Shown here in pieces: positions 1 through 12,129 of a DNA stretch of 64,000 nt (its first letter is position 1; every line of letters starts with the position of its first letter). The notes under the pieces are model-generated. The model was not told where the DNA came from and searched no databases. It saw only the letters and a list, made by a program, of their open reading frames with translations. The stretch spans positions 65,100,001 through 65,164,000 of the forward strand of contig OZ024743.1 in the NCBI GenBank assembly GCA_964016885.1. Reading direction: 5' to 3'. The translations under genes and the position numbers were made by a program. The stretch is from Eledone cirrhosa. Its lineage: Eukaryota.

Positions 1-3000
1 TTCATCAGTAGTTAGACTAAGACACTGTATGTTACAATGGTGCCTCTCTGACTTCATCAGTAGTTAGACTAAGACACTGTATGTTACAATGGTGCCCCTT
101 TGACTTCATCAGTAGTTAGACTAAGACACTGTATGTTACAATGGTGCCTCTCTAGCTTCATCAGTAGTTAGACTAAGACCCTGTATGTTACAATGGTGCC
201 CCTCTGACTTCATCAGTAGTTAGACTAAGACACTGTATGTTACAATGGTGCCCCTCGACTTCATCAGTAGTTAGACTAAGACACTGTATGTTACAATGGT
301 GCCTCTCTGACTTCATCAGTAGTTAGACTAAGACACTGTATGTTACAATGGTGCCTCTCTGACTTCATCAGTAGTTAGACTAAGACACTGTATGTTACAA
401 TGGTGCCTCTCTGACTTCATCAGTAGTTAGACTAAGACACTGTATGTTACAATAGTGCCTCTCTGACTTCATCAGTAGTTAGACTAAGACACTGTATGTT
501 ACAATGGTGCCTCTCTGACTTCAGTAGTTAGACTAAGACACTGTATGTTACAATGGTGCCCCTCTGACTTCATCAGTAGTTAGACTAAGACACTGTATGT
601 TACAATGGTGCCTCTCTGACTTCAGTAGTTAGACTAAGACACTGTATGTTACAATGGTGCCTCTCTGACTTCATCAGTAGTTAGTCTAAGACACTGTATG
701 TTACAATGGTGCCCCTCTGACTTCATCAGTAGTTAGACTAAGACACTGTATGTTACAATGGTGCCCCTCTAGCTTCATCAGTAGTTAGACTAAGACACTG
801 TATGTTACAATGGTGCCTCTCTGACTTCATCAGTAGTTAGACTAAGACCCTGTATGTTACAATGGTGCCCCTCTGACTTCATCAGTAGTTAGACTAAGAC
901 CCTGTATGTTACAATGGTGCCCCTCTGACTTCATCAGTAGTTAGACTAAGACACTGTATGTTACAATGGTGCCCCTCTGACTTCATCAGTAGTTAGACTA
1001 AGACACTGTATGTCACAATGGTGCCCCTCTGACTTCATCAGTAGTTAGACTAAGACACTGTATGTTACAATGGTGCCTCTCTGACTTCATCAGTAGTTAG
1101 ACTAAGACACTGTATGTTACAATGGTGCCTCTCTGACTTCATCAGTAGTTAGTCTAAGAGACTGTATGTTACAATGGTGCCCCTCTGACTTCAGTAGTTA
1201 GACTAAGACACTGTATGTTACAATGGTGCCTCTCTGACTTCATCAGTAGTTAGTCTAAGACACTGTATGTTACAATGGTGCCCCTCTGACTTCATCAGTA
1301 GTTAGACTAAGACACTGTATGTTACAATGGTGCCTCTCTGACTTCATCAGTAGTTAGACTAAGACACTGTATGTTACAATGGTGCCTCTCTGACTTCATC
1401 AGTAGTTAGTCTAAGAGACTGTTTGTTACAATGGTGCCCCTCTGACTTCATCAGTAGTTAGACTAAGACACTGTATGTTACAATGGTGCCTCTCTGACTT
1501 CAGTAGTTAGACTAAGACATTGTATGTTACAATGGTGCCTCTCTGACTTCATCAGTAGTTAGTCTAAGACACTGTATGTTACAATGGTGCCCCTCTGACT
1601 TCAGTAGTTAGACTAAGACACTGTATGTTACAATGGTGCCTCTCTGACTTCAGTAGTTAGACTAAGACACTGTATGTTACAATGGTGCCCCTCTGACTTC
1701 ATCAGTAGTTAGACTAAGACACTGTATGTTACAATGGTGCCCCTCTGACTTCATCAGTAGTTAGACTAAGACACTGTATGTTACAATGGTGCCTCTCTGA
1801 CTTCAGTAGTTAGACTAAGACACTGTATGTTACAATGGTGCCTCTCTGACTTCATCAGTAGTTAGTCTAAGACACTGTATGTTACAATGGTGCCCCTCTG
1901 ACTTCATCAGTAGTTAGACTAAGACACTGTATGTTACAATGGTGCCCCTCTAGCTTCATCAGTAGTTAGACTAAGACACTGTATGTTACAATGGTGCCTC
2001 TCTGACTTCATCAGTAGTTAGACTAAGACCCTGTATGTTACAATGGTGCCCCTCTGACTTCATCAGTAGTTAGACTAAGACCCTGTATGTTACAATGGTA
2101 CCCCTCTGACTTCATCAGTAGTTAGACTAAGACACTGTATGTTACAATGGTGCCCCTCTGACTTCATCAGTAGTTAGACTAAGACACTGTATGTTACAAT
2201 GGTGCCCCTCTGACTTCATCAGTAGTTAGACTAAGACACTGTATGTTACAATGGTGCCTCGCTGACTTCATCAGTAGTTAGTCTAAGACACTGTATGTTA
2301 CAATGGTGCCCCTCTGACTTCATCAGTAGTTAGACTAAGACACTGTATGTTACAATGGTGCCTCTCTGACTTCATCAGTAGTTAGACTAAGACACTGTAT
2401 GTTACAATGGTGCCTCTCTGACTTCATCAGTAGTTAGTCTAAGACACTGTATGTTACAATGGTGCCTCTCTGACTTCATCAGTAGTTAGTCTAAGAGACT
2501 GTTTGTTACAATGGTGCCCCTCTGACTTCATCAGTAGTTAGACTAAGACACTGTATGTTACAATGGTGCCTCTCTGACTTCAGTAGTTAGACTAAGACAC
2601 TGTATGTTACAATGGTGCCTCTCTGACTTCATCAGTAGTTAGACTAAGACACTGTATGTTACAATGGTGCCCCTCTGACTTCATCAGTAGTTAGACTAAG
2701 ACACTGTATGTTACAATGGTGCCTCTCTGACTTCATCAGTAGTTAGACTAAGACACTGTATGTTACAATGGTGCCTCTCTGACTTCATCAGTAGTTAGAC
2801 TAAGACACTGTATGTTACAATGGTGCCTCTCTGACTTCATCAGTAGTTAGACTAAGACACTGTATGTTACAATGGTGCCTCTCTGACTTCATCAGTAGTT
2901 AGACTAAGACACTGTATGTTACAATGGTGCCCCTCTGACTTCATCAGTAGTTAGACTAAGACACTGTATGTTACAATGGTGCCTCTCTAGCTTCATCAGT

Positions 3001-6000
3001 AGTTAGACTAAGACCCTGTATGTTACAATGGTGCCCCTCTGACTTCATCAGTAGTTAGACTAAGAGACTGTATGTTACAATGGTGCCCCTCTGACTTCAT
3101 CAGTAGTTAGACTAAGACACTGTATGTTACAATGGTGCCTCTCTGACTTCATCAGTAGTTAGACTAAGACACTGTATGTTACAATGGTGCCTCTCTGACT
3201 TCATCAGTAGTTAGACTAAGACACTGTATGTTACAATGGTGCCTCTCTGACTTCATCAGTAGTTAGACTAAGACACTGTATGTTACAATAGTGCCTCTCT
3301 GACTTCATCAGTAGTTAGACTAAGACACTGTATGTTACAATGGTGCCTCTCTGACTTCATCAGTAGTTAGACTAAGACACTGTATGTTACAATGGTGCCT
3401 CTCTGACTTCATCAGTAGTTAGTCTAAGAGACTGTATGTTACAATAGTGCCCCTCTGACTTCATCAGTAGTTAGACTAAGACACTGTATGTTACAATGGT
3501 GCCTCTCTGACTTCAGTAGTTAGACTAAGACACTGTATGTTACAATGGTGCCTCTCTGACTTCAGTAGTTAGACTAAGACACTGTATGTTACAATGGTGC
3601 CTCTCTGACTTCATCAGTAGTTAGTCTAAGACACTGTATGTTACAATGGTGCCCCTCTGACTTCATCAGTAGTTAGACTAAGACACTGTATGTTACAATG
3701 GTGCCCCTCTAGCTTCATCAGTAGTTAGACTAAGACACTGTATGTTACAATGGTGCCTCTCTGACTTCATCAGTAGTTAGACTAAGACTCTGTATGTTAC
3801 AATGGTGCCCCTCTGACTTCATCAGTAGTTAGTCTAAGAGACTGTATGTTACAATGGTGCCCCTCTGACTTCAGTAGTTAGACTAAGACACTGTATGTTA
3901 CAATGGTGCCTCTCTGACTTCATCAGTAGTTAGTCTAAGACACTGTATGTTACAATGGTGCCCCTCTGACTTCATCAGTAGTTAGACTAAGACACTGTAT
4001 GTTACAATGGTGCCTCTCTGACTTCATCAGTAGTTAGACTAAGACACTGTATGTTACAATGGTGCCTCTCTGACTTCATCAGTAGTTAGTCTAAGAGACT
4101 GTTTGTTACAATGGTGCCCCTCTGACTTCATCAGTAGTTAGACTAAGACACTGTATGTTACAATGGTGCCTCTCTGACTTCAGTAGTTAGACTAAGACAT
4201 TGTATGTTACAATGGTGCCTCTCTGACTTCATCAGTAGTTAGTCTAAGACACTGTATGTTACAATGGTGCCCCTCTGACTTCATCAGTAGTTAGACTAAG
4301 ACACTGTATGTTACAATGGTGCCTCTCTGACTTCAGTAGTTAGACTAAGACACTGTATGTTACAATGGTGCCTCTCTGACTTCAGTAGTTAGACTAAGAC
4401 ACTGTATGTTACAATGGTGCCCCTCTGACTTCATCAGTAGTTAGACTAAGACACTGTATGTTACAATGGTGCCCCTCTGACTTCATCAGTAGTTAGACTA
4501 AGACACTGTATGTTACAATGGTGCCTCTCTGACTTCAGTAGTTAGACTAAGACACTGTATGTTACAATGGTGCCTCTCTGACTTCATCAGTAGTTAGTCT
4601 AAGACACTGTATGTTACAATGGTGCCCCTCTGACTTCATCAGTAGTTAGACTAAGACACTGTATGTTACAATGGTGCCCCTCTAGCTTCATCAGTAGTTA
4701 GACTAAGACACTGTATGTTACAATGGTGCCTCTCTGACTTCATCAGTAGTTAGACTAAGACCCTGTATGTTACAATGGTGTCCCTCTGACTTCATCAGTA
4801 GTTAGACTAAGACCCTGTATGTTACAATGGTACCCCTCTGACTTCATCAGTAGTTAGACTAAGACACTGTATGTTACAATGGTGCCCCTCTGACTTCATC
4901 AGTAGTTAGACTAAGACACTGTATGTTACAATGGTGCCCCTCTGACTTCATCAGTAGTTAGACTAAGACACTGTATGTTACAATGGTGCCTCTCTGACTT
5001 CATCAGTAGTTAGTCTAAGACACTGTATGTTACAATGGTGCCCCTCTGACTTCATCAGTAGTTAGACTAAGACACTGTATGTTACAATGGTGCCTCTCTG
5101 ACTTCATCAGTAGTTAGACTAAGACACTGTATGTTACAATGGTGCTTCTCTGACTTCATCAGTAGTTAGTCTAAGACACTGTATGTTACAATGGTGCCTC
5201 TCTGACTTCATCAGTAGTTAGTCTAAGAGACTGTTTGTTACAATGGTGCCCCTCTGACTTCATCAGTAGTTAGACTAAGACACTGTATGTTACAATGGTG
5301 CCTCTCTGACTTCAGTAGTTAGACTAAGACACTGTATGTTACAATGGTGCCTCTCTGACTTCATCAGTAGTTAGACTAAGACACTGTATGTTACAATGGT
5401 GCCCCTCTGACTTCATCAGTAGTTAGACTAAGACACTGTATGTTACAATGGTGCCTCTCTGACTTCATCAGTAGTTAGACTAAGACACTGTATGTTACAA
5501 TGGTGCCTCTCTGACTTCATCAGTAGTTAGACTAAGACACTGTATGTTACAATGGTGCCTCTCTGACTTCATCAGTAGTTAGACTAAGACACTGTATGTT
5601 ACAATGGTGCCTCTCTGACTTCATCAGTAGTTAGACTAAGACACTGTATGTTACAATGGTGCCCCTCTGACTTCATCAGTAGTTAGACTAAGACACTGTA
5701 TGTTACAATGGTGCCTCTCTAGCTTCATCAGTAGTTAGACTAAAACCCTGTATGTTACAATGGTGCCCCTCTGACTTCATCAGTAGTTAGACTAAGAGAC
5801 TGTATGTTACAATGGTGCCCCTCTGACTTCATCAGTAGTTAGACTAAGACACTGTATGTTACAATGGTGCCTCTCTGACTTCATCAGTAGTTAGACTAAG
5901 ACACTGTATGTTACAATGGTGCCTCTCTGACTTCATCAGTAGTTAGACTAAGACACTGTATGTTACAATGGTGCCTCTCTGACTTCATCAGTAGTTAGAC

Positions 6001-9000
6001 TAAGACACTGTATGTTACAATAGTGCCTCTCTGACTTCATCAGTAGTTAGACTAAGACACTGTATGTTACAATGGTGCCTCTCTGACTTCATCAGTAGTT
6101 AGACTAAGACACTGTATGTTACAATGGTGCCTCTCTGACTTCATCAGTAGTTAGTCTAAGAGACTGTATGTTACAATAGTGCCCCTCTGACTTCATCAGT
6201 AGTTAGACTAAGACACTGTATGTTACAATGGTGCCTCTCTGACTTCAGTAGTTAGACTAAGACACTGTATGTTACAATGGTGCCTCTCTGACTTCAGTAG
6301 TTAGACTAAGACACTGTATGTTACAATGGTGCCTCTCTGACTTCATCAGTAGTTAGTCTAAGACACTGTATGTTACAATGGTGCCCCTCTGACTTCATCA
6401 GTAGTTAGACTAAGACACTGTATGTTACAATGGTGCCCCTCTAGCTTCATCAGTAGTTAGACTAAGACACTGTATGTTACAATGGTGCCTCTCTGACTTC
6501 ATCAGTAGTTAGACTAAGACTCTGTATGTTACAATGGTGCCCCTCTGACTTCATCAGTAGTTAGACTAAGACCCTGTATGTTACAATGGTGCCCCTCTGA
6601 CTTCATCAGTAGTTAGACTAAGACACTGTATGTTACAATGGTGCCCCTCTGACTTCATCAGTAGTTAGACTAAGACACTGTATGTTACAATGGTGCCCCT
6701 CTGACTTCATTAGTAGTTAGACTAAGACACTGTATGTTACAATGGTGCCTCTCTGACTTCATCAGTAGTTAGACTAAGACACTGTATGTTACAATGGTGC
6801 CTCTCTGACTTCATCAGTAGTTAGTCTAAGAGACTGTATGTTACAATGGTGCCCCTCTGACTTCAGTAGTTAGACTAAGACACTGTATGTTACAATGGTG
6901 CCTCTCTGACTTCATCAGTAGTTAGTCTAAGACACTATGTTACAATGGTGCCCCTCTGACTTCATCAGTAGTTAGACTAAGACACTGTATGTTACAATGG
7001 TGCCTCTCTGACTTCATCAGTAGTTAGTCTAAGAGACTGTTTGTTACAATGGTGCCCCTCTGACTTCATCAGTAGTTAGACTAAGACACTGTATGTTACA
7101 ATGGTGCCTCTCTGACTTCAGTAGTTAGACTAAGACATTGTATGTTACAATGGTGCCTCTCTGACTTCATCAGTAGTTAGTCTAAGACACTGTATGTTAC
7201 AATGGTGCCCCTCTGACTTCATCAGTAGTTAGACTAAGACACTGTATGTTACAATGGTGCCTCTCTGACTTCAGTAGTTAGACTAAGACACTGTATGTTA
7301 CAATGGTGCCTCTCTGACTTCAGTAGTTAGACTAAGACACTGTATGTTACAATGGTGCCCCTCTGACTTCATCAGTAGTTAGACTAAGACACTGTATGTT
7401 ACAATGGTGCCTCTCTGACTTCAGTAGTTAGACTAAGACACTGTATGTTACAATGGTGCCTCTCTGACTTCATCAGTAGTTAGTCTAAGACACTGTATGT
7501 TACAATGGTGCCCCTCTGACTTCATCAGTAGTTAGACTAAGACACTGTATGTTACAATGGTGCCCCTCTAGCTTCATCAGTAGTTAGACTAAGACACTGT
7601 ATGTTACAATGGTGCCCCTCTTACTTCATCAGTAGTTAGACTAAGACATTGTATGTTACAATGGTGCCCCTCTGACTTCATCAGTAGTTAGACTAAGACA
7701 CTGTATGTTACAATGGTGCCTCTCTGACTTCATCAGTAGTTAGACTAAGACACTGTATGTTACAATGGCGCCTCTCTGACTTCATCAGTAGTTAGTCTAA
7801 GAGACTGTATGTTACAATGGTGCCCCTCTGACTTCAGTAGTTAGACTAAGACACTGTATGTTACAATGGTGCCTCTCTGACTTCATCAGTAGTTAGTCTA
7901 AGACACTGTATGTTACAATGGTGCCCCTCTGACTTCATCAGTAGTTAGACTAAGACACTGTATGTTACAATGGTGCCTCTCTGACTTCATCAGTAGTTAG
8001 ACTAAGACACTGTATGTTACAATGGTGCCTCTCTGACTTCATCAGTAGTTAGTCTAAGACACTGTATGTTACAATGGTGCCCCTCTGACTTCATCAGTAG
8101 TTAGACTAAGACACTGTATGTTACAATGGTGCCTCTCTGACTTCATCAGTAGTTAGTCTAAGACACTGTATGTTACAATGGTGCCCCTCTGACTTCATCA
8201 GTAGTTAGACTAAGACACTGTATGTTACAATGGTGCCCCTCTGACTTCATCAGTAGTTAGACTAAGACACTGTATGTTACAATGGTGCCTCTCTGACTTC
8301 AGTAGTTAGACTAAGACACTGTATGTTACAATGGTGCCTCTCTGACTTCAGTAGTTAGACTAAGACACTGTATGTTACAATGGTGCCCCTCTGACTTCAT
8401 CAGTAGTTAGACTAAGACCCTGTATGTTACAATGGTGCCCCTCTGACTTCATCAGTAGTTAGACTAAGACCCTGTATGTTACAATGGTGCCCCTCTGACT
8501 TCATCAGTAGTTAGACTAAGACACTGTATGTTACAATGGTGCCCCTCTGACTTCATCAGTAGTTAGACTAAGACACTGTATGTTACAATGGTGCCCCTCT
8601 GACTTCATCAGTAGTTAGACTAAGACACTGTATGTTACAATGGTGCCTATCTGACTTCATCAGTAGTTAGACTAAGACACTGTATGTTACAATGGTGCCC
8701 CTCTGACTTCATCAGTAGTTAGTCTAAGACACTGTATGTTACAATGGTGCCTCTCTGACTTCATCAGTAGTTAGACTAAGACACTGTATGTTACAATGGT
8801 GCCTCTCTGACTTCAGTAGTTAGACTAAGACACTGTATGTTACAATGGTGCCCCTCTGACTTCTTCAGTAGTTAGACTAAGACACTGTATGTTACAATGG
8901 TGCCTCTCTGACTTCATCAGTAGTTAGACTAAGACACTGTATGTTACAATGGTGCCTCTCTGACTTCATCAGTAGTTAGACTAAGACCCTGTATGTTACA

Positions 9001-10170
9001 ATGGTGCCCCTCTGACTTCATCAGTAGTTAGACTAAGACCCTGTATGTTACAATGGTGCCCCTCTGACTTCATCAGTAGTTAGTCTAAGACACTGTATGT
9101 TACAATGGTGCCCCTCTGACTTCATCAGTAGTTAGACTAAGACACTGTATGTTACAATGTTGCCTCTCTTACTTCATCAGTAGTTAGACTAAGACACTGT
9201 ATGTTACAATGGTGCCCCTCTGACTTCATCAGTAGTTAGTCTAAGACACTGTATGTTACAATGGTGCCTCTCTGACTTCATCAGTAGTTAGTCTAAGACA
9301 CTGTATGTTACAATGGTGCCTCTCTGACTTCATCAGTAGTTAGACTAAGACACTGTATGTTACAATGGTGCCCCTCTGACTTCATCAGTAGTTAGACTAA
9401 GACACTGTATGTTACAATGGTGCCCCTCTGACTTCATCAGTAGTTAGTCTAAGACAATGTATGTTACAATGGTGCCTCTCTGACTTCATCAGTAGTTAGA
9501 CTAAGACCCTGTATGTTACAATGGTGCCCCTCTGACTTCATCAGTAGTTAGACTAAGACACTGTATGTTACAATGGTGCCTCTCTGACTTCATCAGTAGT
9601 TAGACTAAGACACTGTATGTTATAATGGTGCCTCTCTGACTTCATCAGTAGTTTGTCTAAGACACTATGTTACAATGGTGCCCCTCTGACTTCATCAGTA
9701 GTTAGTCTAAGACACTGTATGTTACAATGGTGCCCCTCTAGCTTCATCAGTAGTTAGACTAAGACACTGTATGTTACAATGGTGCCTCTCTGACTTCATC
9801 AGTAGTTAGACTAAGACCCTGTATGTTACAATGGTGCCCCTCTGACTTCATCAGTAGTTAGACTAAGACACTGTATGTTACAATGGTGCCCCTCTGACTT
9901 CATCAGTAGTTAGACTAAGACACTGTATGTTACAATGGTGCCCCTCTGACTTCTTCAGTAGTTAGACTAAGACACTGTATGTTACAATGGTGCCCCTCTG
10001 ACTTCATCAGTAGTTAGACTAAGACACTGTATGTTACAATGGTGCCCTTCTAGCTTTGTCAGTAGTTAGACTAAGACACTGTATGTTCCAATGGTGCCCC
10101 TCTAGCTTTGTCAGTAGTTAGACTAGGACACTGTCACAATGGTGCTCCTCTGACTCCATCAGGAGTTACA
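1..10170. repeat. 52-bp tandem satellite, about 195 units, running off the window start
   Basis: Unit TTCATCAGTAGTTAGACTAAGACACTGTATGTTACAATGGTGCC(T/C)CTCTGAC recurs at 1, 53, 105 and onward. 49-bp variants lack ATC. Units degenerate over the last ~130 bp. Confidence 0.99.
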
Positions 10171-10227
10171 ATACATGCAATATATGTGTCATTGTAAATC
10201 TTTTACTTTTCTAATTATCTCTTCTAG

Positions 10228-10326
10228 GTGTTCATTCCATTGCTTATGCTTTCCCAAAAGTGAAAATAGTGACAACAGCTGTTGATAAAGAAGTTAATGA
10301 GAAGTTTCATATATTACCAGGACTTG
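10228..10326 (+). CDS. UCKL1: Penultimate coding exon of uridine-cytidine kinase-like 1 (C-terminal UPRTase-like domain)
   Basis: Acceptor ttttctaattatctcttctAG at 10227 and donor GTAAGT at 10327 give a 99-nt phase 1-1 exon. It translates (G)[32 protein letters not shown](G), matching the recalled human UCKL1 [34 protein letters not shown]. Confidence 0.93.
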
Positions 10327-10581
10327 GTAAGTCAGATGTTTCATATAATTCATTGTTCTATTATGATGAAGAGCACCCAGTCTGTCCTGTATGGTTACCT
10401 CTCTTTGCTCTGCACTAAACCATTTTCCAACAATCTTCCCACTCTAAAATATCAACTGTCTAGAATTCCCACCTTTCTCTATTAAAGCTGAACAAATTGT
10501 CTAATCAAATCAGTCTCAGGGGACCTACAAAAGTAATGAGCACTGTCCCTCCCTTGCAGACTATTCTATATTATTCTACTT

Positions 10582-10768
10582 GCGGTGGATTGGCAGTAAT
10601 GGTAGAGGGTCGACGCCATGATTTCCAACATAGTTATGTGCCTTTACGATCTGAGTTCAAATCCCACCGAGGTTGAATTTGCCTTTCATCCTTACGGGGT
10701 TGATAAAATAAAGTACCAGTAATGCACTGGCTAATTGCTGGCCTTGTGCCAAAAGTAGAAACAATTAT
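10582..10768 (+). mobile_element. tRNA-derived SINE
   Basis: A-box-like TGGCAGTAATGG and B-box GAGTTCAAATCC. The body GCCTTTCATCCTTACGG...GTGCCAAAAGTAGAAACAATTATT is repeated at 20126-20254. Confidence 0.75.
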
Positions 10769-10919
10769 TCTACTTGTTGTATGACATATTCACATTGGTT
10801 AGAGAGAGAGATTGGTGAGCCAGACTAAGGTGTCATTTGTCGCATTATGGATTGGCTCCAGGCCACCAAGAAAACGTCTGAAGGGACTATCCTGAACAAC
10901 ATGCAGCACTGTCTGGTTG

Positions 10920-11031
10920 TGAAGGCACATGGCTTACTGGTTAGAACATTGGGCTTGCAATTGAAAGGTTGGGAGCTCAATTCTTGGACCGGGTGATGTG
11001 TTATTTCCTTGAGCAAGACACTTTATTTCAC
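10920..11031 (+). mobile_element. tRNA/CORE SINE 5' fragment
   Basis: Same head as the SINE at 42655 (AGGCACATGGCTTA.TGGTTAGA.CATTGG...TTGAGCAAGACACTTTATTTCAC). Confidence 0.8.
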
Positions 11032-11504
11032 TAAACCTGCATAGGTGTGAGCTGTAAAACAATAACTACTGTCTGGTTAGGGTCCCCACAGTCACATGCT
11101 GGGCTGTCTTTCATTTTCCACCGATGAAGATGATGTGCTGTTCTGGTATGTGTTGTGTGGATCTGATTAAGGGACATCCATTGCTTTCTAGGAAGGTCAA
11201 AGCTGGCTGGTTTAGATGTGGGGTCCTAGGCGGGGTCTTGGTTAGCTCTTTAACATCTATATTATTGCAACAACTAGAGTGATATGATGTGGAAGATTTC
11301 TTTTATTGTTCATAATATTCCAGTTAGACTTTATCAGTTTCTTTACTTATATTGGTTTCTAATTTAGATACAATGTTGGCAAATTTTGGGAAAGAGCAGA
11401 GTTAAAGGAACCCTAATATTTGATTGGTACCCTATTTTATCGATTTCGTATGGAGAAAGCCTTTTATATAATTATTTAAAGCGGACGTAAAATGATGATG
11501 ATTT

Positions 11505-12120
11505 AGTGTTACTGTTAGCCACTACAAGGTGGCTGCCAACTCGTTTTCGAGTACGGCCACTACTTTATATCCATGTAGGAGAGCCCCTACCAATGCGCTG
11601 AACGAGTGTGATTTTTAGTCCAGCCAGCGACTTGAAAGCTCTGGTACAAACACTACACTTGTGACAATTACTGACACATAGTGCTGGGCCCTTGGTACCA
11701 TGTGACGACAAGTGCAGAGAGATCTCCAGATATAAAGCAATGCCTGTGCCGTGAAGCTTTTATAGTGAGCAAAGGCACTGCACAAAGCCAGTCCCACTCT
11801 CTTAACCAAGATGATATTTATCAAAAAGAAGAACAAGTCAACATCATTGGATACCATCAGGGTTGCAGGTGTTATATCAGAGTTTTCCTTCTAGAATTCT
11901 GCCTTGACAACGGCTCAGAGGTCATCTCTCCTGGTGATTTTGGATGGCCATTGACTCTTAAGAGCTCTTTTGCCCTTTGACAGGTTTTGTTTTTAGTCCT
12001 GCAGGATGTCCAAAGTCACCCTCCTCACCAAGAAACCTTGGTGGGGTTGCCAGTTTAATCGCCAACGACCCGACCATGGGACAGGTTGTACTGGGATACA
12101 TGTTACCAGTAGCCACTACA
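11505..12120 (-). mobile_element. Probable orphan 5' UTR of an RTE-type LINE
   Basis: The minus strand contains CTAGAAGGAAAACTCTGA, resembling a recalled RTE 5' UTR motif, plus several hairpins. No ORF follows. Confidence 0.4.
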
Positions 12121-12129
12121 TACATACAT

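Noticed and set aside
1-10170. CRISPR array or repetitive coding sequence
   Set aside because: No unique spacers and no cas genes. The 52-bp unit is not a multiple of 3 and gives no ORFs.
10282-10485. 67-aa ORF in the track
   Set aside because: Wrong frame; it overlaps the real UCKL1 exon and runs into the intron.
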